From: Eledone cirrhosa
Taxonomy: Eukaryota
Direction of reading: 5' to 3'
Length of the DNA: 64,000 bases
Assembly (NCBI GenBank): GCA_964016885.1
Contig: OZ024741.1
Span: 293,756,001 to 293,820,000 of the forward strand
Under the pieces are notes generated by a model. That model did not search any database. It saw only the letters and a list, made by a program, of their open reading frames with translations, and was not told the origin of the DNA. The translations under genes and the position numbers were made by a program. Below, piece by piece: positions 1 through 14,328 of the stretch; positions within the stretch are counted from its first letter, which is position 1; each line of letters begins with the position of its first letter.

Positions 1-351
1 ATTGTATTATGTATTTGTATCTAAATTCAATGAGACTAGGTTATGTTATGACAGATAGAATGGACATTTTATATTATGTATGACGGAACTAATAGACTAA
101 AATACAATATTTACAACATTAAACAGACATGAAACTGTATGGAATTATCAATTATCATTAGGTGTATATGTTGTGTAAAATGTAAACATGGGTACACATT
201 CTTACATACTTACACACACACACACATACATCTATACACACATTCGTACATGCACTTACATATAAACACATACATACAGACCTGCATTGGTCACATCTAA
301 AGTATTTCTTGGAATCTTCAATGTCATTCTTCATGAGGCATATTGCTATGG

Positions 352-757
352 TTTCATACCTCCCTCTTTCTCTTTCCTACCTCCTCCTGATATCTCTCTT
401 TTCATCTTTCCTCCCTCTCCTTCTTTATATTCCCATACTTCACTTTCTCTTCTCTCTTCCGCTGTCTTCATTCCCCTTCTCTTTTCTCTCTCTCTTCTCC
501 TTATTATATATATCTTCTCTTTGATCCAGTTCCCTCCCCTTTCCTTTACCTCATTCTCTATCTCCCTCTCTCTTTTTCTACTTTTTCTCAACATCTTTTT
601 CTCTATCCATCTTCCCTCAATTATTTCCTCCTCATCATCATCATAATCACTCTCTCTATACTCTCCTCCTACTCTGCCTCCTCACATCCTCTATACTCTC
701 CTTCTTCTCTGCCTCCTCACTCCCTCTCTCTATTCTTATCCTCCCCACCCCCTCTCT
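352..757. repeat. CT-rich low-complexity tract
   Basis: Polypyrimidine tract; overlapping ORFs are compositional artefacts. Confidence 0.85.
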
Positions 758-2771
758 CTTGTTTACTGTGTAAATAATAACAAATGTTTTATAATATGTA
801 CTGTAGTGATTTAGAGCTTTACCAAAACAGGTAGTTAGAGGCAATTCTCATCTATTCTATAATAAATAAATATCCCCATCTAACTGTCATATCAATTCCT
901 TGCTGTATTATTTTGTGGATGTCTTGAAGAATATTTCCAAAATTATCCTTCATTAGCATTTCAGTCTTTGCTGAGATGAAAGATAAAGTGTGAAGAGAGA
1001 ATATATTTACTCATCTTCAGACTTTGGAATTTCAAGACTTCGATGATTCAGATGAAGAACCTATATATTATGGTTTGGAATAGAATTATTTTCACACAAA
1101 GAAAATTATAGATTTCTCAAATTTAAATAAATTTCTTTCTTTACTTTCTTTTATTTTCTTTTGTTTTTCTTTCGCTTTTCAAGATCAAAAATGTTGAAAT
1201 GGAATATCATTATCATCATCATCATTTTCATCATCATTACCATCATCATCATTACCACCATCTCCATCACCATCATCCTCATCATTGTTGCTATTATTGA
1301 AAAATGAACAAAAAACACATTATTAAAGAAATCTTTGCCTCAGTTTCGATCGTTACTATATTTATAATAAAAATTTCTGTTTTTAGTTAAATGTAATTAG
1401 AAAGAAAACTTTGGTAATTTATCATCTTTCCATTCCATCACATCTTATTGAATTCAAAAATTGTTTAATTTATAAATAATCATTTGTCTGTTCTTCTGTA
1501 AATACTTTAATCACATTGCGCCATATTGAACTTAACAAAAATTCAAGCGCTGTATATTTTTAAAATGTATCATATAGTACAGTGCTGGATGTAGGTTAGG
1601 TGGAGCCCTATGCCTCTGGAACCCAACCTGGTGTTAGAGACCCTAAGAAATCTGCATAGAGGATATACAAAGAAAGTAGTGGTGGTTCATGAACTAAGTT
1701 CAGAATTTTGAGTAATTTTGTTAAAATGATATGCACATGGTATTGTGTATCTATTCTTCACTAAGTATAAACATTTCTCTCTTTTAATTGTTATTCTCAA
1801 TCTGGTAGAGGATTAGTTGTAGCTGAGCCTCTCTCAGTAAATTAATTTCAATAAAAAGAAGCCTTTATAGTGTCAAGATTGGGAACCCTATGCTCTATAA
1901 TACCTAGAGACACCTCTTTAAAATATTACAAGATATCAGAAAAATTCAAAACATATATGACGTTTAATTATTTAAATATTTTCATACATGCTATAAAGTG
2001 TTATATTGATAGCAAGTGTCAGTCATAATAATTTTCTATGCAGGTTGTAAAAGAAGAGTGAAAAGACTTGGTTCATATAGCTGCAAAACATTGCTTTAAA
2101 AAATACCTTACTATGAGCATAAAGCCTTTTATTGTGTCTGAAAGTTAACCCATGCATTAGCAGTGGAAAATGGCCTGTAAATACTTGATACTCTAGGTGC
2201 CAATCCCATGGTCATTTATGACCGTAGGTGGTTTTTACCCTTTATATATATATATATATGTGTGTGTGTTTGTGTGTGTCTAGTACTGATGAAACACAGC
2301 AGTCATAACTACATACATACAGTACCTATGTGGATGATGTAAATGCATAATAGTCAGAATATATTTGTTCATTTGCAAAGCAAATAAGACAGGCATATAA
2401 ACTAGTTTTCTTCTTACATTGAATTGCATGTCAGTGGTGCAATGATGCAACTGCATGTTGTCCGTGCAGAATATAATTGTTTATTGTGCATCACTTGTTA
2501 CAACTCTTCATCTCCTTTCTTATAATTATCTGCAATCAATGAGTTCATATGAAACAATCAAATCTCTTACAGCTGATGGACTCTACAACTGATTATCCTG
2601 AAAATCAAGCACTCTCTCTCTCTCCCTCTCTCTCCTTCTTTCTCTCTATCTCTGCATATATATATATATACATACATACACTTATCTATATTCGTGTAAA
2701 TATATATATGCATCTGCATAAATTATGTGCAAGTGTGTGAATAAATATATGTACATGTGTATATATATGTA

Positions 2772-2808
<37 letters not shown>

Positions 2809-2877
2809 GAAAGGTATAGAAATTGTTTTAGCGAGAAGCTAATAGTATTCCATGACATATATGCGACTATGGTGTCA

Positions 2878-2915
<38 letters not shown>

Positions 2916-3464
2916 TTCTACAATTTCTGGCTCAGAAACTCACTTCAAGTGTGTATTGAGCCCTCTTTGAATCTATACTAATACATAACTGTCCATGTTG
3001 TTGTGTTCATGTGTGTCTGTCTGTGTTAATTATTAGTACTTTACAGTGTGGACTGGGTGCATTTTGTCATCATACTTACATGAACACTATACAGTGGAAG
3101 ACGAGGGGGGTGGGGGTGGGGGGCAAGATAGACTAAAAAAATTATATCTGTTAAAGAACTGAAGGAAGCCGCAATTAAAGTAAGATAGTATAAGCATCAG
3201 TTAGAGAGTGTCCCTTCCATCTGTGATTGATTTAAAGCTTTCATTTACATTCCATAGTGAATTGGCTTCATGGGGTTTATTCTTTCAGAGCACAAGGAAG
3301 AATTTTGTAAAAAGCTTCATTTTGTCCAGTTTTGGAGTGTGTTGCTGTCTTGGTCAACTTAATAGACTTCCCACTCACAATCTGAACAAAGGATATTTCA
3401 AACAGCCATTAGTATGTACAATAGCCATTGTGATTCCTTCATTACAATCCACAATCAATTGGCC

Positions 3465-3552
3465 TGTATATCTATCTATCTATATATGTATATATATATA
3501 TATATGTTTGTAGATATATATATGTATATATATATATGTATATATATGTATA

Positions 3553-3641
<89 letters not shown>

Positions 3642-3645
3642 ATTT
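3465..3645. repeat. (TA)n microsatellite
   Basis: Long TA/TATG run. Confidence 0.95.
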
Positions 3646-3958
3646 ACATATAACTCTGAGTAGATAGCCAATCCTAAAAGTAATTTTTGTTTAATTTAGT
3701 TGTATTGTTCTGAAGTCTATTTCTTGTTTCAATAAATATAGTATATATACCTTGTTTATTTCCTTACATTCTTTTATTCTTTCTCTTTTTCTATTTTTTC
3801 ATTTCTTCTTTCTTCATATTTATTTCATGTAGAGAATCGAGTTGATATCCTTGAATTAATAAGTTTTATTTGATATCACTCTACATTTTAGATATTATTG
3901 CGTCATTGTTATTTTATTCTTTGAATGTATGTATACACACATGTGTAAGCATACGTAC

Positions 3959-3995
<37 letters not shown>

Positions 3996-4639
3996 CACAC
4001 ACACATGTGATATACACACATACACATATGAATGTGAAAGTGTGTATGTACATATTTAAACACGTGTATGAATGTATATATGTATGCATATGTGTATGTA
4101 TGTATTTAAACACATGTCTGTATATATATATGTATGCATATATGTATATACGTGTATATATGTATCTGAATTTATATTTAATTTTTACTAAATTTTTTTT
4201 TGTTTTGTTTATCTGTATATGAGTTTTTATATAAAAATATTGCAGATATATGTATGTATAAGTTTGTATGCATGTATAAATGTATGTGTGTATGCATGTG
4301 TCAATATATATATATTGTTCATTATATTCATATATGTAATTTCATAAATATTTGACAAAACTCGAGGTATTTTATGAGTGTATTTGTCTGTGTATGAGTC
4401 ATGTGTATTTAAATCTGTAAGCAAATATATTTAATTGCAGTGATTTTTGCCAAATTTCATGGTTTTCTCTGTATGTCCATCTGTGTATATAAATTTAATT
4501 TCAAATTGAATTGATATTCTAGTAAATTTTATATCATAAATTCATAGTTGTGTCCATCTGGGTAAGTATATTTCAGTATATGGGAGAAACTTGGATATAG
4601 TCTGTATGCAAATATGCATTCATACATCTATATATTAAT

Positions 4640-5100
4640 ATATATATATATATTGAAAGTCTGCAGTGCCATGACTGGGAAAACCACAAATCAGGGTAGT
4701 ACTCCATGTATGGGAAAAAGCAGAGTGGGTATAAAGGAAGGTATAATCTGTTTGTGATGCATAGCAACTTCAGCTTGTTAGTAGCAAGCCTTCTCATGGG
4801 TATACTGAGTTATGAAAAATCTTTCCCGAATTTATGCAGGAAACAATTTGTGAGAATGTAGGAATTAAGTCAATTGTTGAGGCTGATCAGTTCTTTGAGC
4901 CACTAGTACTACCAGATGGTCAGGGATGTCATTGGGAAAGGCTGGCAAATGAATTTTGTATAACCTCTAATGATAGAGGTTAGTGGAGGAGAGTGTAGAA
5001 AATGGTAGATGTCTCTAAGAAAATAGTATGAGGGGGTGTTATTTTCACACAAATGAAAGGTGGAATATTCTCAGAAACCTATTTTCTAATAAGAGATTCT
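4640..5100 (-). mobile_element. Highly decayed LINE RT remnant (CR1/L2-like?)
   Basis: Minus-strand peptides resembling the A/YADD region (AFPNDI) and P-x-MEY; many stops. Confidence 0.3.
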
Positions 5101-5689
5101 TGAAAATCTATTAGTTTTGATTTCTTCAACCACAGCACACATAAAACAAAATTCAGTTTGATGAATTGGTTGAGACTTGACTGAGGCTATTAGACATTTC
5201 TTCTCAAGATCAGTTAACTTCTCTACTAGATGAGCATAACATTCTTATACATTAACTATGCCTCTTATTCTATGTACCTAAGTTAGCTACCATTTATTCA
5301 TTTAATTATAGTTCTTTCCTTTACTTTTTCCAGACTTTGTATAATTCCTTGCTCCTAACTTTTAGACCGCCTAATTACCTCCCCTTGCTTCTAGAACTCC
5401 TATATGTAATACAATATTCTGAAAGTTAATCCACTATAAATTATAGTGGATTAACTATAAGTTTGACATATTATAGTATAATATGGAAAACTGATGATTT
5501 GGCATACTTCAATACTCTAATAGAAAGCTTGTATTCCTATTAAGTAATTGCTGTAGTAAATTAGTTTAATTGTATATTACAACTCATCCTCTGTACTGAG
5601 TGCTCTGTCAACTTTGGATATTTTTTTACCAAGTTTCAACTACAATACTATATATGGAAGAAACACTGCAAACATTTTGTTGGACGCTC

Positions 5690-6305
5690 TACCAGTACAA
5701 CCAATTCACCTCAATAATAATGGAGAGGGGAATGTTGATTAAATTGAATCTAGTGCATTATTTTGTTGACACCATAAGGATGAAAGGCATAGCTAACCTT
5801 AGTGGAATTTGAACTCAGAACATAAAGGAATGTAACTCTATGCTATAAATCATGTTGTCTGATGCTCTACCGATACTGCCAATCCACTACAATGATAATG
5901 ATTTCTGATTTGGGCACAATGTCAACAATTTGGAAAAAGGGGTAAGTTGATTAAATCAACCCCAGTGCATTACTGGTGCTTTATTTTATCGATCCCCTGA
6001 ATGATGAAAGTTAAAGTTGTCCTCAATGGAGTTTGAACACAGAATATAGAAAGTCATGACTAAATACAGCAGAGTATGTTATCCAATGATTTGCTGATAC
6101 TGCTAATCTGTAATAACAATAATAATTGTTTCTACTTTAGGCACAAGGCCAGCAATTACCCAGTGCATTACTGGTACTTTATTTTATTGACCCCGTAAGG
6201 ATGAAAGGCAAAGTCAACCTCGGCGGGATTTGAACTCAGATCGTAAAGGGACGTAACTATGCTGGAAAGTATGGCGTCCGAGCCTCTACCGATACTGCCA
6301 ATCCA
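5690..6305 (-). mobile_element. Three tandem copies of tRNA-derived SINE family 1
   Basis: Minus strand: A-box-like TGGCAGTATCGG, B-box GAGTTCAAATCC, core GACTTTGCCTTTCATCCTTACGGGGTC-ATAAAATAAAGTACCAG, (ATT)n tail. Confidence 0.85.
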
Positions 6306-7479
6306 ATAATAATAATAATTGGATAGAAACTTAGTCAATTATCATCTTAACAAATTGTTTATTTGTTGGGCTATTTTGTTGTATTTTTGTTTTTATTTGA
6401 TTGGTACTCTTTTTTATGGGGGGGGGGGGGATTTCAATGTTTAAATAGTCTTCCATCTTGAAGATTCCACTTGTCTTAATCGACATTCCAAGAAAGTATA
6501 TAAGAGATGAAGCCATGTCACAAGCGATCAAGACTTTGTACTGACTTTTTCTATATACACTCTGTCTGTCTCTCTCTCTCTGTCTCACTCTCCCCCTTCT
6601 GTCTTTACTTTGTTAGCTTTCATACTTCAATACACTATAATATTTGAGATTTCCTTTAATGATACTTCTATAGTCAACAGGTTGAGGTTGGGCATGGGAA
6701 AGAAAGGTGGTCCAAAAATGGGGGGGGGGGTCTACCCTCCCCATCCTCATCTTCTCTACTAGCTTAACATTTGTTGTTGTTTGTTTTTTGTTTTTTTTTT
6801 TGTTTTTTCAAATCTTTTACCAATAGCTTGTTTAATGACTAAAGAGTGTTTTAGCTGAATGTTTTGAATATAAGGAGAGGAAGAAGAAACTTGCTTTGCC
6901 AATTATGAAGATACTTTAAAAGAATTATTATTAATGTCAAAAGATTTTATGTAAAAGCTATTAACTATCTTACTGAAGAGAAACAGATATATTGTTGGAG
7001 GACTATCTAAGGAGAAGTTTGTCACTATCAAGATATGTTGAATGAAATGTATGTTTGATTGTGAGTAAAGCAAGTATTGTTCATCTATGCTAGTTCCTTT
7101 CTGTTTTTGTTTTTTGTATTTTTCAAAGTTTCATTTTCTTAAGTATTTTTATCCTTAAATCGGGATGGCAGAACTAATGATTACATGAGATTTGCATGTG
7201 TGAGAGAAACACAAAATAATTGTTGTTGTTTAAGCCCAGGTCAACTCTGATTGACAGCTTTATGATGAATGACATTATGAGCACTGACTACGTTATCTGA
7301 TGTGCTTTTTCCTTAATTAACATACTAAGATATGATTTGAAGTAGGTTTGGTTGCTGTTTCTAGAAGATTGAACAATCATGTAAAAGCTCACTTGCTGAC
7401 TTGGAGTGTAATGGTTAATAGGGTTTGTGTTTAGTTTGAATTGTTAACTTAATTCCACTGTAAAGCATATCATGTAGGT

Positions 7480-7720
7480 GACACGACTAACAGCACCCAG
7501 TCCACACTGTATAGTGGTCCTATTGGTGTTATGACAATAAGCACCCAGTCCACACTGTAAATATGGTTTGCATTAGGAAGGGCATCTAGCTGTAGAAACC
7601 AAGCCTAAATCAGTTCTGTATGAGTAAGGCATGGTCATCTGACTTGGCTTGCCACCCAATAGGACAACTTGTCTAACCCATGCTAGTGTTGAAAAATGGA
7701 TATTAAACAGTGATGATGAC
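7480..7720 (+). mobile_element. RTE-A 3'UTR fragment
   Basis: GCACCCAGTCCACACTGTA repeats, AGGAAGGGCATC, GAT tail matching 9860-10167. Confidence 0.8.
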
Positions 7721-8478
7721 ACAGAAAAGTTCAAATGATATTTAGCAGTCTAATGAATGTCTAAATGTAGAATGTGACTTTATAGAAAATCCAACATTCA
7801 AAAGTGAAGCACAGATTGGGAAATAGTTTTCTTGTATTTAACAGATTTTTTTAATGTAATATTTTGATGCCAAGCATAACACTAGTCCAGGAAGTCCGAA
7901 TATATATCTGGGCTTTATAAACACTGTGCAGCACATGAAGGCTAAAATATAGTTTAATATTTATATAGGAAAACCAATGTCCTATTATTATCCCCAAATT
8001 GGCTAATGGGAACATTTAGGTTGTAGAATTAATTCAATGGAATGAGAATTTACATGATTAAATTAATGAATTTCAATAGTGATTCTGCTATATAAAGTTT
8101 CAGAGACTTGACATTGATCTCTGTGACCACTTAGATCATGCTGTAAGGGTTAATGTCAGAGGAAAACACTGATTTATCATTTCATCAAAACTCTTACTAA
8201 AATGCTGACAGTTTGTTAATTAGTTAATTAAAAACTTAAATCTCTCTTTAGAAACATGAGGTCAACTTTTTGGACACAAGATCATGTATTCAGACATATG
8301 GACTAGTGTCTAAAGGTCATTTATTGCGCCAAAATGTCTATTGGTGTTACAGAAATAAATTCTAAATCTATTATTACTTCCTACTTTTTCAATCTTCTTC
8401 ACAATTTCTGCATTTTTGTGTTGGGTTTTCCTAAGGATTTATCTCTCTCTCTCTCTCTATGTATATATATATATATAT

Positions 8479-8842
8479 GGAGGTACATGGCTTAGTATGG
8501 AGGCACATGGCTTAGTGGTTAGAGCATTGGCCTTGCAATCGAAAGATTGTGAGTTCAATTCTCAGACCGGGTGATGTTTTGTTTCCTTGAGCAAGACATT
8601 TTATTTCACATTGCTCCAGTTTACTCAGCTGTAGAAATGAGATGATAGGGACTAGGGTCCCTATCATTCCACTGCAAAGTGGTTGTGGAGGTGCAACGGA
8701 AAAAAAGCACCCAGCACTCACTGTAAATGAGGTTGGTGTTAGGAAGAGTATCCAGCTGTAGAAATCAAGCCAGAATCAGTTCACGTCCCACCCTTGCAAG
8801 CAGGGAAAAAGCAGGCGTAAAATGAAATGAAAAAAAAATGAT
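8479..8842 (+). mobile_element. tRNA-derived SINE family 2 (RTE-A segment plus RTE-B tail)
   Basis: GGAGGCACATGGCTTAGTGG head (start duplicated), GAGTTCAATTC B-box, CCTTGAGCAAGAC core, 3' CCACCCTTGCAAGCAGGG. Confidence 0.85.
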
Positions 8843-8921
8843 TATATATATATATATGTGTGTGTGTGTGTTTATATATATATGTATGTATATATATATG
8901 TATATATATATATATATATAT

Positions 8922-8974
8922 GAGTTTCAGAAGATCCCGTTAAGGGTGAAAGCAGTGATTCTTTGCTTAAACTT
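8922..8974 (+). ncRNA. Degenerate type I hammerhead ribozyme inside a (TA)n array
   Basis: GAGTTT-CAGAAGA-T CCC GTTAA GGG T-GAAA-GCAG..TTGC-TT-AAACTT; core has CAGAAGA instead of CTGAAGA. Confidence 0.65.
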
Positions 8975-8989
8975 TAATCTGTTATTTTA

Positions 8990-9070
8990 ATATATATATA
9001 TGTATATATATATATGTATATATATGTATATATATATATCTGTATATATATATATATGTATATATATATG

Positions 9071-9103
<33 letters not shown>

Positions 9104-9218
9104 GTATATATATATGTATTTATATATATATGTATATATATATGTATATATATGTATATATATATATATATGTATATATATATGTATTTATATATATATG
9201 TATATATATATGTAATTG

Positions 9219-9256
<38 letters not shown>

Positions 9257-9261
9257 TATTG

Positions 9262-9300
<39 letters not shown>
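8990..9300. repeat. (TA)n/TATG microsatellite
   Basis: Direct. Confidence 0.95.
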
Positions 9301-10167
9301 TAGCAACGGAGGTGGGTGTTCAGAAAGTACAATAACTAGGGTTAGAACGGGATGGAAGAAGTTTAGGGAACTACTACCACTGCTAGCTGCAAAAGGCTTC
9401 TCCCTCAGAATGAAAGGCAGACTGTATGATGCGTGTATCCGAACAGCGATGTTGCATGGTAGTGAGACCTGGGCGCTGAAGGTGGAAGACTTACGTAGAT
9501 TAGAGAGAAACGAAGCCTGCATGCTCCGATGGATGTGTAACAGTAATATACGTGAACGACAAAGCATAAATGAATTGAGAGAGAGACTGAGCATAAGAGG
9601 AATCAAATGCTGTGTGCAGGAGAGGTGGTTGCGTTGGTATGGACATGTGATGCGTATGAAGGATGACAGCTGCATAAAAAGGTGCAGAGCACTAGAAGTT
9701 GATGGAAACCGCGGAGTGGGGAGACCCAAGATGACCTGGGATGAGGTGATAAAAGCCGACCTTACCCAATTACACCTCTCAAAGACAATGACACACGACC
9801 GTGACTTCTGGCGTCACGCAGTAATACAGAGTACCCGACCTCCCATGGGTACATGCTGAAGCATATAAACAATATGCCCCCTCACCCCCCACCGCAAGGT
9901 GGTCGTGGCGGTGCCACGGCAAAAAAGCACCCAGCCCACACTGTAAAGTGGACGTGTAGGCGCCACGAAAAAGCACCCAGCACTCACTGTAAATGAGGTT
10001 GGTGTTAGGAAGGGCATCCAGCTGTAGAAATCAAGCCAGATCAGTTCCTGTATGAGCAAGGCATGGTCAGCCGACCAGACACTGCACACAGCAGGACAAC
10101 CCGTCTAACCCATGCTAGCGTGGAAGAACGGACGTAAAACGGGGATGATGATGATGATGATGATGAT
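9300..10167 (+). mobile_element. 5'-truncated RTE-clade LINE (RTE-A): ORF C-terminus, 3'UTR and (GAT)n tail
   Basis: [39 protein letters not shown]; stop at 9859; tandem GCACCCAG-CACACTGTAAA units; GAT tail. Confidence 0.93.
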
Positions 10168-10194
10168 ATATATGTATATATATATATGTATATA

Positions 10195-10455
10195 TCATCA
10201 TCATCATCATCATCGTTTAACGTCCATCTTCCACGCTTGCATGGGTTTGGACGGGAGTTTTCCCACTTGAGGCAAGATTGGTTGTCTTGCTCGTATAGGA
10301 CTGTCTGGCGGGTTTTCTACGGCTGGATGCCCTTCCTAACACCAACCACGTTTACAGTGTGGACTGGGAGGTTTTTACCGTGTTACCTACACGGCCACAT
10401 TACAGCGTGGACTGTGTGGTTTTTTTTCGTGACACCTACACAACCACATTTATTG
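10195..10455 (-). mobile_element. RTE-A-related 3'UTR fragment
   Basis: Reverse complement of 12880-13081; (TCA)n tail. Confidence 0.85.
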
Positions 10456-10457
10456 GA

Positions 10458-10774
10458 TCAGGGGAACACACCAACCAGGTAGATTATATCCTTACCAGAA
10501 GACGTGACAGAGTGTCTGTTGTAAACACTAAATACCTCCCCCATAACGAATGCACCTCTCAACATAGACTCCTAATTAGTGACCTCATAGTCAGGACGAG
10601 ACGTACTCGACAGCAAAAGAGGTCTATCCTCAGGAGAAAAATATGGAAGTTAAAGGACCCCACAACCAGTAATAAATTTAAAAGCATATTACTTGTGGCT
10701 TTTGATAGTAAGGAAGAGCATATATATATGCATATATATAAATGTATATATATATATGTATATATATATATATG

Positions 10775-10871
<97 letters not shown>

Positions 10872-12525
10872 GTATATATATATATGTATATATATATATG
10901 TATATATATATATATCTATATATATATATATATATATATATGTGTATATATATATATATATGTAGTTGTGATGTCATTGGAGAGAAGTGTATCCGGAATG
11001 ATGATGGTGAGCTTGCCCTCACAAGTGCTGAGAAGAAAGATGCATGGAAGAGTCATTATGATAGATTACTAAATGAGGAGAATGCATGTGAAGAAGAGAC
11101 CCTACCCCAAGTAGACCCTATAGAGGGACCAGCAGTACAAGTCAGCAGCAGCATAGTAAGTAAGGCAATCAAAGATATGAAGATGGGGAAGGCAACCGGT
11201 CCATCGGGTATAGCTACCGAGATGCTGAAGGCATCTGGGTCTGTAGGTCACACTATAACCATACGTATCGTTAACCAGGTAATACTAGAAGGTGCCATAC
11301 CCAAAGATTGGTGCAGTAGTATCATTGTCAACTGCTACAAAGGTAAAGGTGATGCACTAGATAGAGGAAACTATAGAGGTATAAAGTTGATGGACCATGT
11401 CATGAAAGTAACAGAAAGAGTTATAGCACAGCTGATTAGGGATCGGGTGAAAATAGACGAGATCCAATTTGGGTTTGTAACAGGAAGAGGCACCACTGAT
11501 GCCCTCTTCCTTGTGAGGCAATTACAGGAAAAGTACCTAGCTAAAAGTAAGCCACTCTACTTGGCATTTGTCGACCTTGAGAAAGCCTTTGACAGAGTTC
11601 CACGTGCTGTAATCTGGTGGGCTCTTAGAAAACTAGGAGTAGATGAATGGCTTGTGAAAGCGGTACAAGCCATGTATAGGGGAGCAGTCAGCAAAGTTAA
11701 GATTAGCAATGAGTATAGCGAGGAATTTAGCGTACAGGTTGGGGTCCACCAGGGCTCTGTTCATAGCCCCCTCCTGTTCATCATAGTCCTGCAGGCAATA
11801 ACGGAGGAGTTTAAGACCGGATGCCCATGGGAACTCCTGTATGCTGATGACCTTGCACTCATAGCTGAATCTATGGTAGAACTAGGGAATAAATTACAAA
11901 CTTGGAAGCAGGGACTAGAAAGAAAGGGTCTCAAAGTCAACATGACAAAGATTAAGGTCCTTGTAAGTAGACGAGAAAACAGAACCTAGATCCCCTCAGG
12001 GAAATGGCCTTGCTCAGTATGTAGGAAAGGTGTAGGTAGGAACTCCATTCTCAGCCCCAAATGCAAACAATGGGTACACAAGAGATGTAGCGGGATCTCA
12101 GGAAGCTTAATTAAGAATGTAGGATTCACATGTAGCAGCTGTGCTGAGACAGCAAGCAGCAAACAGCCACAGGAAACAAGTACCACCAATCTCTGGGAGG
12201 GCTCTGTAGAAACAGTAGACAGCTTCTGCTACCTAGGTGACCGAATTAGCAGCGGAGGTGGGTGTTCAGAAAGTACAATAGCTAGGGTAAGAACGAGATG
12301 GAAGAAGTTTAGGGAACTACTACCACTGCTAACTGCAAAAGGCTTCTCCCTCAGAATGAAAGGCAGACTGTATGATGCGTGTATCCGAACAAGCCAAATC
12401 AGTTCCTGTATGAGCAAGGCATGGTCAACCGACCAGACACTGCCCACAACAGGACAACCCGTCTAACCCATGCTAGCGTGGAAGAACGGACGTAAAACGG
12501 TGATGAAGATGATGATGATGATGAT
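10458..12525 (+). mobile_element. RTE-A LINE pseudogene: end of APE endonuclease, RT and 3' end, interrupted by (TA)n and deletions
   Basis: QVDYIL..SQHRLL (EN); [39 protein letters not shown] (RT); premature TAG at 11987; jump into 3'UTR at ~12391. Confidence 0.93.
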
Positions 12526-12561
12526 ATATATATATATGTGTATATATATATACGTATATAG

Positions 12562-12603
<42 letters not shown>

Positions 12604-12624
12604 GTATATATATATGTATATATA

Positions 12625-12706
<82 letters not shown>

Positions 12707-12723
12707 GTATATATATATATAAG

Positions 12724-12780
<57 letters not shown>

Positions 12781-13081
12781 ATTACAGTCAGTAGAGGCAC
12801 CTCTAACAAAATACACCCCTGTCCCAATACCCCCACCCCATCCACCCCACCCCCTTAAATGTGATGTTATGCTGTCATGTGGCCGTGTAGGTAATACGGT
12901 AAAAACCTCCCAGTCCACACTGTAAACGTGGTTGGTGTTAGGAAGGGCATCCAGCCGTAGAAAACCTGCCAGACAGTCCTGAACAAGATAACCAATCTTG
13001 CCTCAAGTGGGACAATTCCCGTCCAGACCCATGCTAGCGTGGAAAATGGACGTTAAACGATGATGATGATGATGATGATGA
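12781..13081 (+). mobile_element. RTE-A-related 3'UTR fragment between TA arrays
   Basis: Same family as 10195-10455 and 29143-29550; (GAT)n tail. Confidence 0.85.
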
Positions 13082-13169
13082 TATATATATGTATATATAT
13101 GTAAATATATATATGTATATATATATATATGTATATATATATGTATATGTATATATATATATATGTATA

Positions 13170-13280
<111 letters not shown>

Positions 13281-13292
13281 ATGTATATATAT

Positions 13293-13344
13293 GTCCCACC
13301 CTTGCAAGCAGGGATAAGCGGACACAAAATGATGATGATGACGA
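13293..13344 (+). mobile_element. ~50 bp RTE-B 3' tail within a TA array
   Basis: GTCCCACCCTTGCAAGCAGGG..AAAATGATGATG matches 24965-25016. Confidence 0.8.
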
Positions 13345-13419
13345 TATATATATATAAGTATATATATTATGAAATACTGTTGGCTTCTTGCTCACAATAA
13401 TTTCTATACTTTTCATTTA

Positions 13420-13542
<123 letters not shown>

Positions 13543-13605
13543 AATGAATAATAACAGGTAGACATCATAAAAAGGTAATTTATATACCTAATATATATAT
13601 ATATA

Positions 13606-13653
<48 letters not shown>

Positions 13654-13663
13654 CATATATGTG

Positions 13664-13697
<34 letters not shown>

Positions 13698-13699
13698 CA

Positions 13700-13740
<41 letters not shown>

Positions 13741-13761
13741 GTGTGTATATATATATATGTA

Positions 13762-13802
<41 letters not shown>

Positions 13803-14119
13803 GTGTGTATATATATATATGTATATATGTGTATATATATATTTATATATAGCGAAGAAATACCTATGATTCCTTGTTATCAACTGATGATGGATAATCC
13901 TCTATTTCGCCCGTAACTTTTATTTTTTCATGATACTCACTTGCAACAACACAGCTCGCCATTTTGAATAATATATACATATATATGAATATATATATAT
14001 ATGTATATATATGTATATATATATATATATGTATATATAATATTCATATATGTATGTATATATGTGTGTGTGTCTGTTTCTGTGTATAGATATATGTTGT
14101 CATCATTATTCTTGTTGTC

Positions 14120-14328
14120 ATTGGGGCTTGACAGTATCAGTAGAACATCGGACAATAATCTTAATAGAATATCATTACAGCCCTAAGAACTATGTTCTTA
14201 GTTCAAATCCCACTGAGGTTAAATTTGCCTTTCATCCTTATGGGATCAATAAAATGATCTGGGGTCAGTTAATTGACTTTCCCCTTGCCTTTAAATTGTT
14301 GGCCTTGTGCTGAAAGTAGAAATAATTA
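14120..14328 (+). mobile_element. SINE family 1, diverged
   Basis: GTTCAAATCC, TTTGCCTTTCATCCTTATGGG, TTGGCCTTGTGC..AGTAGAAA. Confidence 0.75.

Noticed and set aside
1021-1083. Possible terminal exon TLEFQDFDDSDEEPIYYGLE*
   Set aside because: Short, weak acceptor, no recognisable homology
8499-8575. tRNA gene
   Set aside because: A/B boxes only; SINE head without a full cloverleaf
9900-10000. GCACCCAG-CACACTGTAAA repeats as a CRISPR-like array
   Set aside because: Tandem units of the RTE 3'UTR with related spacers; eukaryotic context, no cas genes
13851-13970. CTGATGA-TGGATAATCC in a TA-embedded insert as a hammerhead
   Set aside because: No downstream GAAA, stem III or stem I partner; at most a truncated relic
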